A DNA stretch of 64,000 nucleotides, from assembly GCF_006345805.1 (NCBI RefSeq), contig NW_021836318.1:1-64000 (forward strand), in the 5' to 3' direction. This document shows, one piece after another, positions 63,677 through 64,000 of this stretch. Every line of letters starts with the position of its first letter. The first letter of the stretch is position 1. The position numbers and the translations under genes are program-made. This stretch comes from Octopus sinensis. Lineage: Eukaryota. The notes under the pieces are model-generated. The model was not told the origin of the DNA, made no database searches, and saw nothing but the letters and a program-made list of their open reading frames with translations.

Positions 63677-64000
63677 GAGAGAGAGAGACCTGCATGGGGT
63701 GGATGCAGATGTCTTTAAAATGAAACTGGATCTCTTCTTGTCAGGTGTCCCAGATGAACCAACTTCACGGCAGGAGGTGCAGATGAGGGCAGCTGCATCG
63801 AACTCTCTCATGCACCAAATGGCAATTGCTAAAAAGCATTCGTGAAGTAAAATCATGTAGCAACACCAAATGGCGGTGCCCCAGCATGGCCACAGCTCAT
63901 GAGCTGAAACTAGATAAAACAAAATAAATAATTAATCGATAATGTATTCACCCTTGTGGTTTACAACTTCTTCCCAACGTTCAACAAGATTTTTCAATAC
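63677..64000 (+). mobile_element. CR1-group 3' fragment joined to a mariner C-terminus (repeat of the 41368-42150 junction without the SINE)
   Basis: Near-identical to 41368-41635, then continues directly into gtattcacccttg..tttacaacttc as at 42097. Confidence 0.9.

Overview
AT-rich, repeat-saturated animal genomic DNA. The SINE families look like those of Octopus (coleoid cephalopod), which is recalled knowledge rather than a database result. One probable host gene is present: an intronless 426-aa ORF at 44381-45661 with a TATA/Inr promoter and a possible N-terminal PH/PTB-like domain. Most of the rest is mobile or repetitive DNA. Retroelements: a nearly intact L1/Tx1-clade LINE (ORF1 with CCHC knuckle; ORF2 APE-RT-CCHC with one in-frame stop) embedded in (TATC)n, plus a duplicate of its 3' end; a degraded RTE LINE and many of its 3'-UTR fragments; CR1-type fragments; an R4/Dong-like RLE fragment in (TAA)n; about 24 copies of one tRNA-derived SINE plus two other SINE families; a possible solo LTR. 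DNA transposons: a decayed mariner and MITEs of hAT, piggyBac, Tc1 and pogo type. Tandem DNA: a 5.2-kb 55-bp satellite, a 2-kb 31-bp satellite, a 139-bp array made from a SINE tail, a 2.1-kb local duplication and many microsatellites. Nearly all short ORFs in the supplied track are repeat artefacts. The best leads are the apparently (TATC)n-targeted Tx1-like LINE, the orphan gene, a Penelope-type minimal hammerhead motif, the SINE-LINE shared tail, the SINE-born satellite and a palindromic ETS/NRF1 motif island.
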